This document shows, in pieces, positions 29,712-36,657 of a stretch of 64,000 nucleotides of DNA. Numbering within the stretch: position 1 is the first letter of the stretch; every line of letters starts with the position of its first letter. Origin of the DNA: a virus. Both the position numbers and the translations under genes were made by a program. The notes under the pieces are model-generated. The model saw nothing but the letters and a program-made list of their open reading frames with translations, did no database searches and was not told where the DNA came from. The DNA lies in IMG/VR virus record IMGVR_UViG_3300024265_000045, positions 8,577-72,576 of that record; one strand, given 5' to 3'.

Positions 29712-30076
29712 TATATCATTTCTTGATCAAATCCTGCATACACTTTGACAATATTAATTTGACCAAAGTTAGTAAGCTCATTTTGAGCTCCTCCATCAAT
29801 GTGATGACCCATAAACTTCACTACTTCAAGCCATTGTTTGACATTTCCTTCTTCTATCATTAATTTTGTCCCATCAGCGAAGTAAGCTTCTCCTCCGGTG
29901 ACTAAATCCCATAACATAATAGCAAGATACTCACTGAACAGCATCTTTTTCCCGCCCATTGCATCAACGTAAATTTCCTTCTCATGTCCAACATCTCTGA
30001 TGTGCTTCGCTATGAGACGTCGGGGAGATTCGGTTTTGACTTTTGTGGGAACAGGAATAATTTCAACGTTGTTCAT
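29711..30076 (-). CDS. putative terminase small subunit
   Basis: Immediately upstream of and coupled to TerL. Confidence 0.6.
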   Translation of the reverse strand: MNNVEIIPVPTKVKTESPRRLIAKHIRDVGHEKEIYVDAMGGKKMLFSEYLAIMLWDLVTGGEAYFADGTKLMIEEGNVKQWLEVVKFMGHHIDGGAQNELTNFGQINIVKVYAGFDQEMI

Positions 30077-30091
30077 ATTTATATTATACCA
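30077..30091 (-). promoter_or_regulatory. extended -10 promoter giving a leaderless late transcript
   Basis: Minus strand TGGTATAAT-ataaat-ATG, no RBS. Confidence 0.6.
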
Positions 30092-30234
30092 TAGAATGGG
30101 TCGGGTCGCTAAGTTGGTGAGAGGGCGTGAGAGATCTTGACAATGAGGACATAGGCAATGTGCGTCAGAAGGCTGTGCAAATTCGTCCAGAATTTTCGGG
30201 GTGGAGGCTCTGCATCCCCGGGGGCTGTAGCCTG

Positions 30235-30300
30235 TTTACGCCAATTTTACGTAACGTTTACGCTGAGTTTACGGTATTGCGTATTGCAATTTGTTACACT
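30235..30300 (+). promoter_or_regulatory. TTTAC-box promoter with four boxes
   Basis: TTTACG at 30235, 30246, 30257, 30268 (exact 11-bp period), then N21 and TGt-TACACT. Confidence 0.75.
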
Positions 30301-30448
30301 GTTATTGTGTGTTGCACGTTAACAATTTAGCGCAAGCCCATGTACATGTGGTTAGGGTATTGTAGGCAAGTTAGGGAGATGCTTACTGGCTGTAATCGTA
30401 GGGTCGTGTACAAAGTTTGCCCTAATACAAACTATAGGAGTAAACAAA

Positions 30449-31114
30449 GTGACCACAAGTAAAAGTAAGACAGCAACAAGGCTTGAGAAAGCCACAGCAG
30501 AGGTACAGGGAATTAAGTATGTTGCAATCAAAGAGTATGCAAGTGTACTAACACCTGAACAGCTTGTACAGGTAGACACCATTAAAGCAATGGGTAACGT
30601 TCCCAGTGTTGTCAAGTGTATAAGGTGTGGTAAGTTCACTGTACGTGACAGCGCACGGGCACGCTTGACCGGTGATCTGTGCCATGCACATCTGCTGAAA
30701 GGCAGGGGTAAAGACGCAACCGCCGCACACAAGGCGGAGATGACAAGGGAACGTGTAGCAGACAGTGTGCTGATACCCACAATGCATAATGTATGCTTGC
30801 GACTACAAATACCAGTAGGCGCAATGGTGCGTGCTACTGGTGGGGATGGTTTATTCGACCCTCCTGCAACTAGCAAGTTGCAAACGTATTTCGGAACAAA
30901 GCCAAAAACCCGCCATGTTGTAAACGGGAAATTTGCTACCAGTGCGCAGGGCTTGTTAGCTATAAGCCAATGTGCAAAGCGCACAATAACCCGCTCCCCA
31001 AGTGTGCAAAAAGATTGGGACAACGTGCAGACAGGCAAGGCTGTAGTCAAGATAGCAGGGGAAGGGCGCAAGGCTGTAATCACAGTAGTACCAGTGAAAG
31101 CTAATGCCAAGTAA
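30449..31114 (+). CDS. DUF6011-like zinc-finger protein, paralog of 49789-50292
   Basis: AGGAG RBS with GTG start; CIRCGK...GDLC and IPVGAMVRATGGD..DPP. Confidence 0.7.
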   Translation: MTTSKSKTATRLEKATAEVQGIKYVAIKEYASVLTPEQLVQVDTIKAMGNVPSVVKCIRCGKFTVRDSARARLTGDLCHAHLLKGRGKDATAAHKAEMTRERVADSVLIPTMHNVCLRLQIPVGAMVRATGGDGLFDPPATSKLQTYFGTKPKTRHVVNGKFATSAQGLLAISQCAKRTITRSPSVQKDWDNVQTGKAVVKIAGEGRKAVITVVPVKANAK

Positions 31115-31280
31115 GCAAATATTGTACCAGTTCGACAACCTGTTGGGCAAGCTTGAACACTACGAGTACATGTTAGCATGGGCAAAAAAGTATAGTGACT
31201 ACCAAACACAATACACTTACGCTTTACAAATTGCCCAAACTTGGGCAAGCATACGCCAAACAGCAAGCAGGATAAGATAA
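31104..31280 (+). CDS. hypothetical protein (58 aa)
   Basis: Hand translation MPSKQILYQFDNLLGKLEHYEYMLAWAKK...; overlaps the upstream stop and is followed by a hairpin. Confidence 0.5.
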   Translation: MPSKQILYQFDNLLGKLEHYEYMLAWAKKYSDYQTQYTYALQIAQTWASIRQTASRIR

Positions 31281-31300
31281 CCTACAACGTGCAACATACA

Positions 31301-31330
31301 AGGCAACCCACTGGCAACAGTGGGTTGTTT
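31301..31330 (+). terminator. intrinsic terminator-like hairpin
   Basis: aggcaacccactg-GCAA-cagtgggttgttt. Confidence 0.6.
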
Positions 31331-31520
31331 GCGTTATACAACCCAAGCAAGCCCTAGACCCACCCTAGTTTATGACGCAAACCAGTTTACGACCCCAACC
31401 AAATGGGTCTGCAAACTGGTTTATCTTCCAAACTGGTTTGTCTCGCAAACTAGTCTATCTCGCCAACAAGTCGTGTTTCAACCTTCCATCTCGCAGCCAA
31501 CAAATCGCCAAATAAATACT

Positions 31521-31769
31521 CTCGCGTATGATTTGTCGTTTCAAAATAAATAAACTCGCGTACGATTAACTAAATAACTCGCGTACGATCTACCCATCTC
31601 AAAATAAATCTCCGCGTACGACTAATAAAAATTCTCGCGTACGACTTATCATTTTAAAATAAATAAGTTCATGTACGATTTATTATTTTAAAATAAATAA
31701 GTTCATGTATGACTAATAAAAATTCTCGCGTATGATTAGGCATATCATTTAAGAAATCCTTGCGTATCA
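31521..31769. repeat. phased array of nine TCRYRTAYGA quasi-palindromes separated by A-tracts
   Basis: Copies near 31522, 31556, 31579, 31612, 31635, 31669, 31703, 31726, 31760; spacings 34,23,33,23,34,34,23,34. Confidence 0.85.
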
Positions 31770-31777
31770 TCAAAACG

Positions 31778-31821
31778 TTTACGTAGGATTTATTACCCCA
31801 GGACTTAGTTTGGGGTATACT
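31778..31821 (+). promoter_or_regulatory. TTTAC-box promoter
   Basis: TTTACG-tagga-TTTATT-N21-TATACT. Confidence 0.8.
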
Positions 31822-31879
31822 ATAGTTAGGAAATAAATTAGTTTTATGAAATGGGTAAAATGCCCGAAAGGTAAAAATT

Positions 31880-32140
31880 ATGGAAACACTTTATGTAGCA
31901 AGTCCTAGTAAATGGGTTGCCGAAATTACGGCGGTTACAAAACGCGAACTTGTAAACCACTACGGCGAAAACCCTGCCACCCTAAACAACGCCGAAGTTG
32001 CCTTATGCTTATACGACAACCCCAACCACAATTGGGACACGGTACTAGGCTTTATCCAAGAAGACCCTGCCAAATACAAAGTTTTCACAATTGGTTTTCT
32101 CGGGTTAGTATGGTTGTCATTTATGGCAGCTTGGTCGTAA
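31880..32140 (+). CDS. hypothetical early protein
   Basis: GAAAGGT RBS, first gene after the promoter. Confidence 0.65.
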   Translation: METLYVASPSKWVAEITAVTKRELVNHYGENPATLNNAEVALCLYDNPNHNWDTVLGFIQEDPAKYKVFTIGFLGLVWLSFMAAWS

Positions 32141-32206
32141 AACCAACCAACGGCAGGGTTTACGAAATGTAAGCCCTGCCCAATAATTTCTTAGAGGAGA
32201 TGCAAA

Positions 32207-32278
32207 ATGCAAGCTGAAATGGCTTTTCTCGTAAGTGTAGTGTATATTTCATATATGCTGCTACAATTCATAGGGTAA
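32207..32278 (+). CDS. 23-aa hydrophobic peptide MQAEMAFLVSVVYISYMLLQFIG
   Basis: GAGGAG RBS after an intergenic hairpin; hand translated. Confidence 0.45.
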   Translation: MQAEMAFLVSVVYISYMLLQFIG

Positions 32279-32281
32279 ATC

Positions 32282-32407
32282 ATGATTGAAATACACATAA
32301 ATGGTATCACGTTTTGGTTCAACAATGAAAATTGGCTACCAGTATCGTTTATACGTATCTGGTTAAACAGGGCTGACGACACCCCACAATTTCCTCCACG
32401 AAACTAA
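32282..32407 (+). CDS. 41-aa hypothetical protein
   Basis: MIEIHINGITFWFNNENWLPVSFIRIWLNR...; ends just before a terminator. Confidence 0.45.
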   Translation: MIEIHINGITFWFNNENWLPVSFIRIWLNRADDTPQFPPRN

Positions 32408-32418
32408 GCCCCAATCTC

Positions 32419-32455
32419 AGGCAAGCCACTCAGGAAATGGCTTGCCTCTCTTTTT
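32419..32455 (+). terminator. intrinsic terminator
   Basis: aggcaagcca-loop-tggcttgcct followed by ctcttttt. Confidence 0.75.
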
Positions 32456-32466
32456 GCCTACCAGTT

Positions 32467-32688
32467 TCGTGAATGACCACTGAGGGTAATTCATGAATGA
32501 CTAAATTCCTCACGTACGATTTTCCAAATCTACTTTGAAATAAATTCTCACGTATGATCAACAATTCACGTACGATCAAACATTCGTGTACGATTAAAAG
32601 TTCACGTACGACTGAAAATTTTACAAAAAAAATCTTCGCGTATGACTGGCATTCATATATGATTAGGAACTCATATACGAGCGTACGA
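32467..32688. repeat. second TCRYRTAYGA array (10-11 copies)
   Basis: Copies at 32467, 32491, 32510, 32548, 32566, 32584, 32602, 32636, 32653, 32671; mostly 17-19-bp period. Confidence 0.85.
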
Positions 32689-32700
32689 CTCGTCCAGGCT

Positions 32701-32744
32701 TTTACGTAGGATTTATTACTACAGGACCCAATAGGGGCTATAAT
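32701..32744 (+). promoter_or_regulatory. TTTAC-box promoter
   Basis: TTTACG-tagga-TTTATT-N21-TATAAT. Confidence 0.8.
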
Positions 32745-32801
32745 ATAAATAAGACTAAATTTATTTTATGAGTTGGGCAAAAAAGCCCGAAAGGTAAAAA
32801 A

Positions 32802-33143
32802 ATGTATCACGAAGTACACGCATGTTTCAACAAAGGTAGCAAAATCGCGTTAGTACAAGTTATTCTCACAAATAACAAATACATTCGCGAACAGCAGTGG
32901 CATCTCGAGAAGCCCATTAAAATCACAACAGAAATGGTAAAAGACGACCTGTACAATTGCGCAGGGTCGCACAGCTGGCAGGTCTTTGAAAAATTCATAT
33001 ATGACTTCACAGCCCCGTACCCTTTCAACAAGCCTTACGACCCCAAAAGCAAGTGGATCATAAAGCTACTTGGTATTTTCGGGCTATGGGTTTCAATTGT
33101 GTTGGTCACCGACGACGCCACACAGTACGAACCCATAAAGTAA
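32802..33143 (+). CDS. hypothetical early protein
   Basis: GAAAGGT RBS, ends at hairpin A. Confidence 0.65.
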   Translation: MYHEVHACFNKGSKIALVQVILTNNKYIREQQWHLEKPIKITTEMVKDDLYNCAGSHSWQVFEKFIYDFTAPYPFNKPYDPKSKWIIKLLGIFGLWVSIVLVTDDATQYEPIK

Positions 33144-33202
33144 GTCTTGGTAGGGGGTACAAGCCAATTTCGCGGAAGTTGGTTTGTAGGGTCTACCAAG
33201 AC
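33144..33202 (+). repeat. intergenic hairpin element A
   Basis: gtcttggtagg-ggg-14 bp stem-ggg-tctaccaagac. Confidence 0.85.
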
Positions 33203-33227
33203 CACAAAATCATAAAGGAGTTCAAAA

Positions 33228-33653
33228 ATGAACGGCAAGGTCATAAAAATACAGTTCGGTGATTGGCTCGAGGACGTGCTAAACAGCAATCTCGAAGCCA
33301 ATTGTGTCAAGGTGGGGCATACGTCCCACACAGGCACAAACGAACTCTACGTTGAGTTTGGGTTAAGTGACCCTAACTACATGAAGTTTGTAGCAAAAGG
33401 TTCGTGGGACGAAATACGTGTACAGCTCGCAGAGGAATTCGGCTACGAATTCACTGGTGTTCAGGACTGGGTACTACCCAATCTTGAGGTTTACATTGAA
33501 ACTGGCGTACAGGTAAACGTCACAGTAAACTGGCATGGTACGAAGCATGTACACCGTGGTCAGGAAACGTACAACTACGAGATCATGGTAAACGAAGGCT
33601 ACGGGGTCCACTACTGTAACAAGCTCAACGACTGGGCAACAATTCGCAAATAA
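33228..33653 (+). CDS. hypothetical early protein
   Basis: AAGGAG RBS, bracketed by hairpins A and B. Confidence 0.7.
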   Translation: MNGKVIKIQFGDWLEDVLNSNLEANCVKVGHTSHTGTNELYVEFGLSDPNYMKFVAKGSWDEIRVQLAEEFGYEFTGVQDWVLPNLEVYIETGVQVNVTVNWHGTKHVHRGQETYNYEIMVNEGYGVHYCNKLNDWATIRK

Positions 33654-33654
33654 A

Positions 33655-33714
33655 GTCTTGAAAGGGGGTACAAGCCCAGGTCGTGAGAGCTGGTCTTGTG
33701 TAGCCTTTCAAGGC
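33655..33714 (+). repeat. intergenic hairpin element B
   Basis: gtcttgaaagg-ggg-tacaag...cttgtg-tag-cctttcaaggc. Confidence 0.85.
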
Positions 33715-33740
33715 TAAAATCAAATATGAAGGAGTAAATC

Positions 33741-33947
33741 ATGTTAGCCCAACTCAAACGTGAAATTAAGTACGGGGTCGGTGCAAAAATTCGGTGCTGG
33801 CTGCTCAGTCATGACTGGCGTCTCGATGACTACTGGGACGAAGGCATGTTCAATCACATGTGCGCTCGCTGCGAAAAGTCAGCATACTTTGAATCGCAGC
33901 AAGACGACCCAGGTCCGGGATACAAACGCTGGTACGAAGGTATGTAA
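33741..33947 (+). CDS. small Cys/His zinc-binding protein
   Basis: AAGGAG RBS; C...HDW...CARC motif; bracketed by hairpins B and C. Confidence 0.65.
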   Translation: MLAQLKREIKYGVGAKIRCWLLSHDWRLDDYWDEGMFNHMCARCEKSAYFESQQDDPGPGYKRWYEGM

Positions 33948-34008
33948 GGTCTTGAAGGGGGGTACAAGGTAATTTCATTGAAGTTATCTTGTATAGCCTT
34001 TCAAGGTT
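33948..34008 (+). repeat. intergenic hairpin element C
   Basis: ggtcttgaaggg-ggg-tacaaggtaatttc-att-gaagttatcttgta-tag-cctttcaaggtt. Confidence 0.85.
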
Positions 34009-34031
34009 AAATAATCTAAAAGGAGATTATC

Positions 34032-34178
34032 ATGAAATGCCCACGTACAAAATTCTGTAACGGAAACGGCAAGCACATAACCACGCTCACAACTGATTAC
34101 AACTTAGTGACAAAATTGTACAGGTGTGAGAACTGCAAGTTCCGCTTTGCCAAGTCCTCGTACCCCGAACGCTCGTAG
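34032..34178 (+). CDS. 48-aa zinc-ribbon protein
   Basis: AAGGAG RBS; MKCPRTKFC...YRCENCKFRF; below the ORF-track cutoff. Confidence 0.65.
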   Translation: MKCPRTKFCNGNGKHITTLTTDYNLVTKLYRCENCKFRFAKSSYPERS

Positions 34179-34198
34179 CACATGAGCTCGTACCCTTA

Positions 34199-34242
34199 TT
34201 AACTCACAGTTTATTGTGGTACGAACCTATATGGGGTATACT
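34199..34242 (+). promoter_or_regulatory. TTTAC-box promoter (variant)
   Basis: TTAACT-cacag-TTTATT-N21-TATACT; downstream sequence nearly identical to the 31778 promoter. Confidence 0.7.
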
Positions 34243-34300
34243 ATAGTTAGGAAGTTAATTAGTTTAGGAAATGCCCAAAATGGGCGAAGGAGTAAACGAA

Positions 34301-34801
34301 ATGTCTAAGCAAGACCCCCTATACACTCTGGATATGGGTATGGCAAGTGATGCAACAGGCGATGCAATGCACCCTGTCATCTACCTGTACCCACACGAAG
34401 ACCCCCACAGAATCCAAGTTGAAGCCAAGCTGTGGGAAGGCACAGGGCTATACCACCAAGACGAAAAGGTGTTCGCCCTACTGCTGGTAAGTCAAGAAAG
34501 GTTGGAGATCGCAAAGTTTGCTTGCCGTAATATTCTCCGTATAATACACTTCTATGCGGAAAATGGCGTATTCGTAGAACCCAAAAATTTCACAGCAATT
34601 GTGAACTTTGGTTCACGACAAGGGTACGAGGTCAACGATTTCGCGGATTTTGTACTCCTCACCATAATGCTTTTCACCCAACACCCCGACGCTTGCAAAG
34701 CTAATGTTCACGAGGCAGTTGGCAAGGCGACCTTATTATGGGAAACCCGCATATGCGATCCTTGTGCAAGTTTTGAGAAGTTAGGCACAGCGAGCTTCTA
34801 A
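34301..34801 (+). CDS. hypothetical early protein
   Basis: Start moved to the ATG after the GAAGGAG RBS. Confidence 0.65.
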   Translation: MSKQDPLYTLDMGMASDATGDAMHPVIYLYPHEDPHRIQVEAKLWEGTGLYHQDEKVFALLLVSQERLEIAKFACRNILRIIHFYAENGVFVEPKNFTAIVNFGSRQGYEVNDFADFVLLTIMLFTQHPDACKANVHEAVGKATLLWETRICDPCASFEKLGTASF

Positions 34802-34802
34802 A

Positions 34803-34860
34803 TCTTGAAGGGGGGTACAAGGCAATCTCGTAGAGGTTGTCTTGTATAGCCTTTCAAGGC
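34803..34860 (+). repeat. intergenic hairpin element D
   Basis: tcttgaaggg-ggg-tacaaggcaatctc-gta-gaggttgtcttgta-tag-cctttcaaggc. Confidence 0.85.
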
Positions 34861-34885
34861 TAAAACTAAAATAAGGAGAATTACA

Positions 34886-35356
34886 ATGTCAGAACAAGAA
34901 ATACCCCCGTACCAAATCCCAGACTACCTTGCCAAGTGGGTCGGAAATGACCCTGTCCATGAAATTGTTAGCGAAAAAGCAACTATGAAATACTATTGTG
35001 AAGACGGGCAAATTTTGGACGACTCAGGCTATCAGTCTGGTGGTCTCATAGTAGTACAGTTACCTAACCAGACTCCAGGTGGCTATTTCTACTGCCGGTA
35101 TCCTGAAACAGCAGTTTCATGGATGCTTACCCATAAGCTCGTGGATAACCACGACATTTGCTTTTACCACGCCGACGACCCGTATGATTTCAGCTTATTA
35201 GGCGACGACGGTATTAGTGGAAAAGCCTACATAGTCTTAAGCCACCTTCACGATGGGATTTCATCAATGTTGTGGCACGACCACTTACGGGAGGCACACC
35301 TAACTTCCGAACAGGCAAAGTTCATTAGCGAGTGGGTAGGGTATCAATACGCATAA
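34886..35356 (+). CDS. hypothetical early protein
   Basis: AAGGAG RBS, bracketed by hairpins D and E. Confidence 0.7.
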   Translation: MSEQEIPPYQIPDYLAKWVGNDPVHEIVSEKATMKYYCEDGQILDDSGYQSGGLIVVQLPNQTPGGYFYCRYPETAVSWMLTHKLVDNHDICFYHADDPYDFSLLGDDGISGKAYIVLSHLHDGISSMLWHDHLREAHLTSEQAKFISEWVGYQYA

Positions 35357-35415
35357 GTCTTGAAAGGGGGTACAGGCAAAGATCACAGATCTTTTCCTGT
35401 ATAGCCTTTCAAGGC
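35357..35415 (+). repeat. intergenic hairpin element E
   Basis: gtcttgaaagg-ggg-tacaggcaaagatc-aca-gatcttttcctgta-tag-cctttcaaggc. Confidence 0.85.
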
Positions 35416-35441
35416 AAAAACTAGAAAGGAGGTATCAAACA

Positions 35442-35657
35442 ATGGAATCGCAAAAACCCAAAGAAGTTACACTCGACGAAGCCCTGGCAAAAGCCGAGGC
35501 GAACCAGCCGGTATATCTCATTAAAAACCCGATGAAGATACGGCAAGAACCCACAGCAGATCTCGGTAGCCATGTCGAAAGCGAAGCTATCCAGAAAGCC
35601 AAAAAGAAGAAGCGCAAAGTCGCGAAGAAATCTCGTAAGAAGAATCGGCGTAAGTAA
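35442..35657 (+). CDS. small protein with very basic C-terminal tail
   Basis: AAGGAGG RBS; KAKKKKRKVAKKSRKKNRRK. Confidence 0.7.
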   Translation: MESQKPKEVTLDEALAKAEANQPVYLIKNPMKIRQEPTADLGSHVESEAIQKAKKKKRKVAKKSRKKNRRK

Positions 35658-35675
35658 TCAACAACGGAGGATCAA

Positions 35676-35960
35676 ATGACAGCAATTTATAACATTCCGA
35701 CACATGGCGGGGAAGGACACACAACCTACGAAGAAAGCCCCATGTGTCAGACCTGCCTATTGAGTTTCGTAGGCGGAGACGAAGATAAGCTCGTAGCCTG
35801 GTGGGTTCGTGACACAAACGAGCCTTGCATAAATGAAGATAAACCTACTTGTAAGGACTATGATGCTGACCGCAGATTACGAGAAAGTGGGGCTTACACA
35901 ATCAATAGAGGAGGTTGTCAAGTACGCAAGAGACGTAAAGGTCCTCCCTGTAAGTTATAA
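35676..35960 (+). CDS. hypothetical Cys-containing protein
   Basis: GGAGG RBS; CQTC. Confidence 0.55.
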   Translation: MTAIYNIPTHGGEGHTTYEESPMCQTCLLSFVGGDEDKLVAWWVRDTNEPCINEDKPTCKDYDADRRLRESGAYTINRGGCQVRKRRKGPPCKL

Positions 35961-36054
35961 ATCATGCAGAGAGCTCGTACGGTATGATCACTCGTACGGT
36001 TACAGGCTCGTATGACCTCTCGCATGACGGAACATAAACTCACTCGTACAAATG

Positions 36055-36098
36055 TTTACGTAGGATTTATAGTTCTAAGATCCGAACTAAGGTATAAT
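36055..36098 (+). promoter_or_regulatory. TTTAC-box promoter
   Basis: TTTACG-tagga-TTTATA-N21-TATAAT, preceded by CTCGTA repeats. Confidence 0.8.
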
Positions 36099-36133
36099 GT
36101 AATCAGAATAAACTATAGCAAAAGGAGAATATA

Positions 36134-36427
36134 ATGTCAGGACCAATTAATTTCACACCTGGAAATCAAGAGGCTCACATTGAGCAATTTCCGACAGGAA
36201 AGCCCGACGAACCTGCAATCGCAGCTTTTGGAGCTTTCAAAGGTCGCCCATATTTCGAAGTACACAAGCTCTACAGCAGGGATGACGGCAGCGTCCATTA
36301 CGGCAAACAACTTTGTCGAGTGGACGTGTCCTGCGCCCGCAAGATGGCAGAGGCAATCCTGCGTAGCGTTGAGAGCTGGGAAGAGGCTATCCAACCCGTT
36401 CCAGAACCATTTGATTCAAGCAAGTAA
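36134..36427 (+). CDS. PC4/YdbC-like ssDNA-binding protein
   Basis: FKGRPYFEVHKLY..DDG....K pattern followed by an amphipathic helix. Confidence 0.6.
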   Translation: MSGPINFTPGNQEAHIEQFPTGKPDEPAIAAFGAFKGRPYFEVHKLYSRDDGSVHYGKQLCRVDVSCARKMAEAILRSVESWEEAIQPVPEPFDSSK

Positions 36428-36507
36428 TTTGAAAAGCATGGGGGGATTTAGCTGAAAGTCTATGAATAATCGTGGGCTTTTAACTAAATAACAAAAGGAG
36501 AAAATAA

Positions 36508-36657
36508 ATGAAACAAAACATTATAATCAAAATATCCAGGAAGCTTCGTATGAAAAATCTGAAAATACGATGTTCTGGATGTGGGAAATATAGGTCTCGA
36601 GAGCAATTGGCAATACGCTCGTACGGTTTTATCTGTGGAGACTGCTGGTACGCATGA
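36508..36657 (+). CDS. 49-aa zinc-finger protein
   Basis: AAGGAG RBS; RCSGCGK...ICGDCW; hand translated. Confidence 0.6.
   Translation: MKQNIIIKISRKLRMKNLKIRCSGCGKYRSREQLAIRSYGFICGDCWYA

Noticed and set aside
30352-31266. 304-aa minus-strand ORF
   Set aside because: Antisense to 30449-31114, which has a promoter, RBS and a recognisable paralog
30077-31520. tRNA or other known RNA genes in the GC-richer intergenic DNA
   Set aside because: No cloverleaf with T-arm GTTCRA and acceptor stem could be built by eye; tRNAscan/Infernal not run
31521-32688. CRISPR array interpretation of the TCGCGTACGA repeats
   Set aside because: Repeats are only 10 bp and degenerate, spacers are short, A-rich and partly repeated, and no cas operon is present. 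The nuclease at 1-388 sits in a helicase operon and is best read as a recombination exonuclease.
33144-35415. Classical integron attC sites or intrinsic terminators
   Set aside because: No RYYYAAC/GTTRRRY core sites, no integron integrase in the window, and no U-tract after the stems. Kept as a novel element instead.
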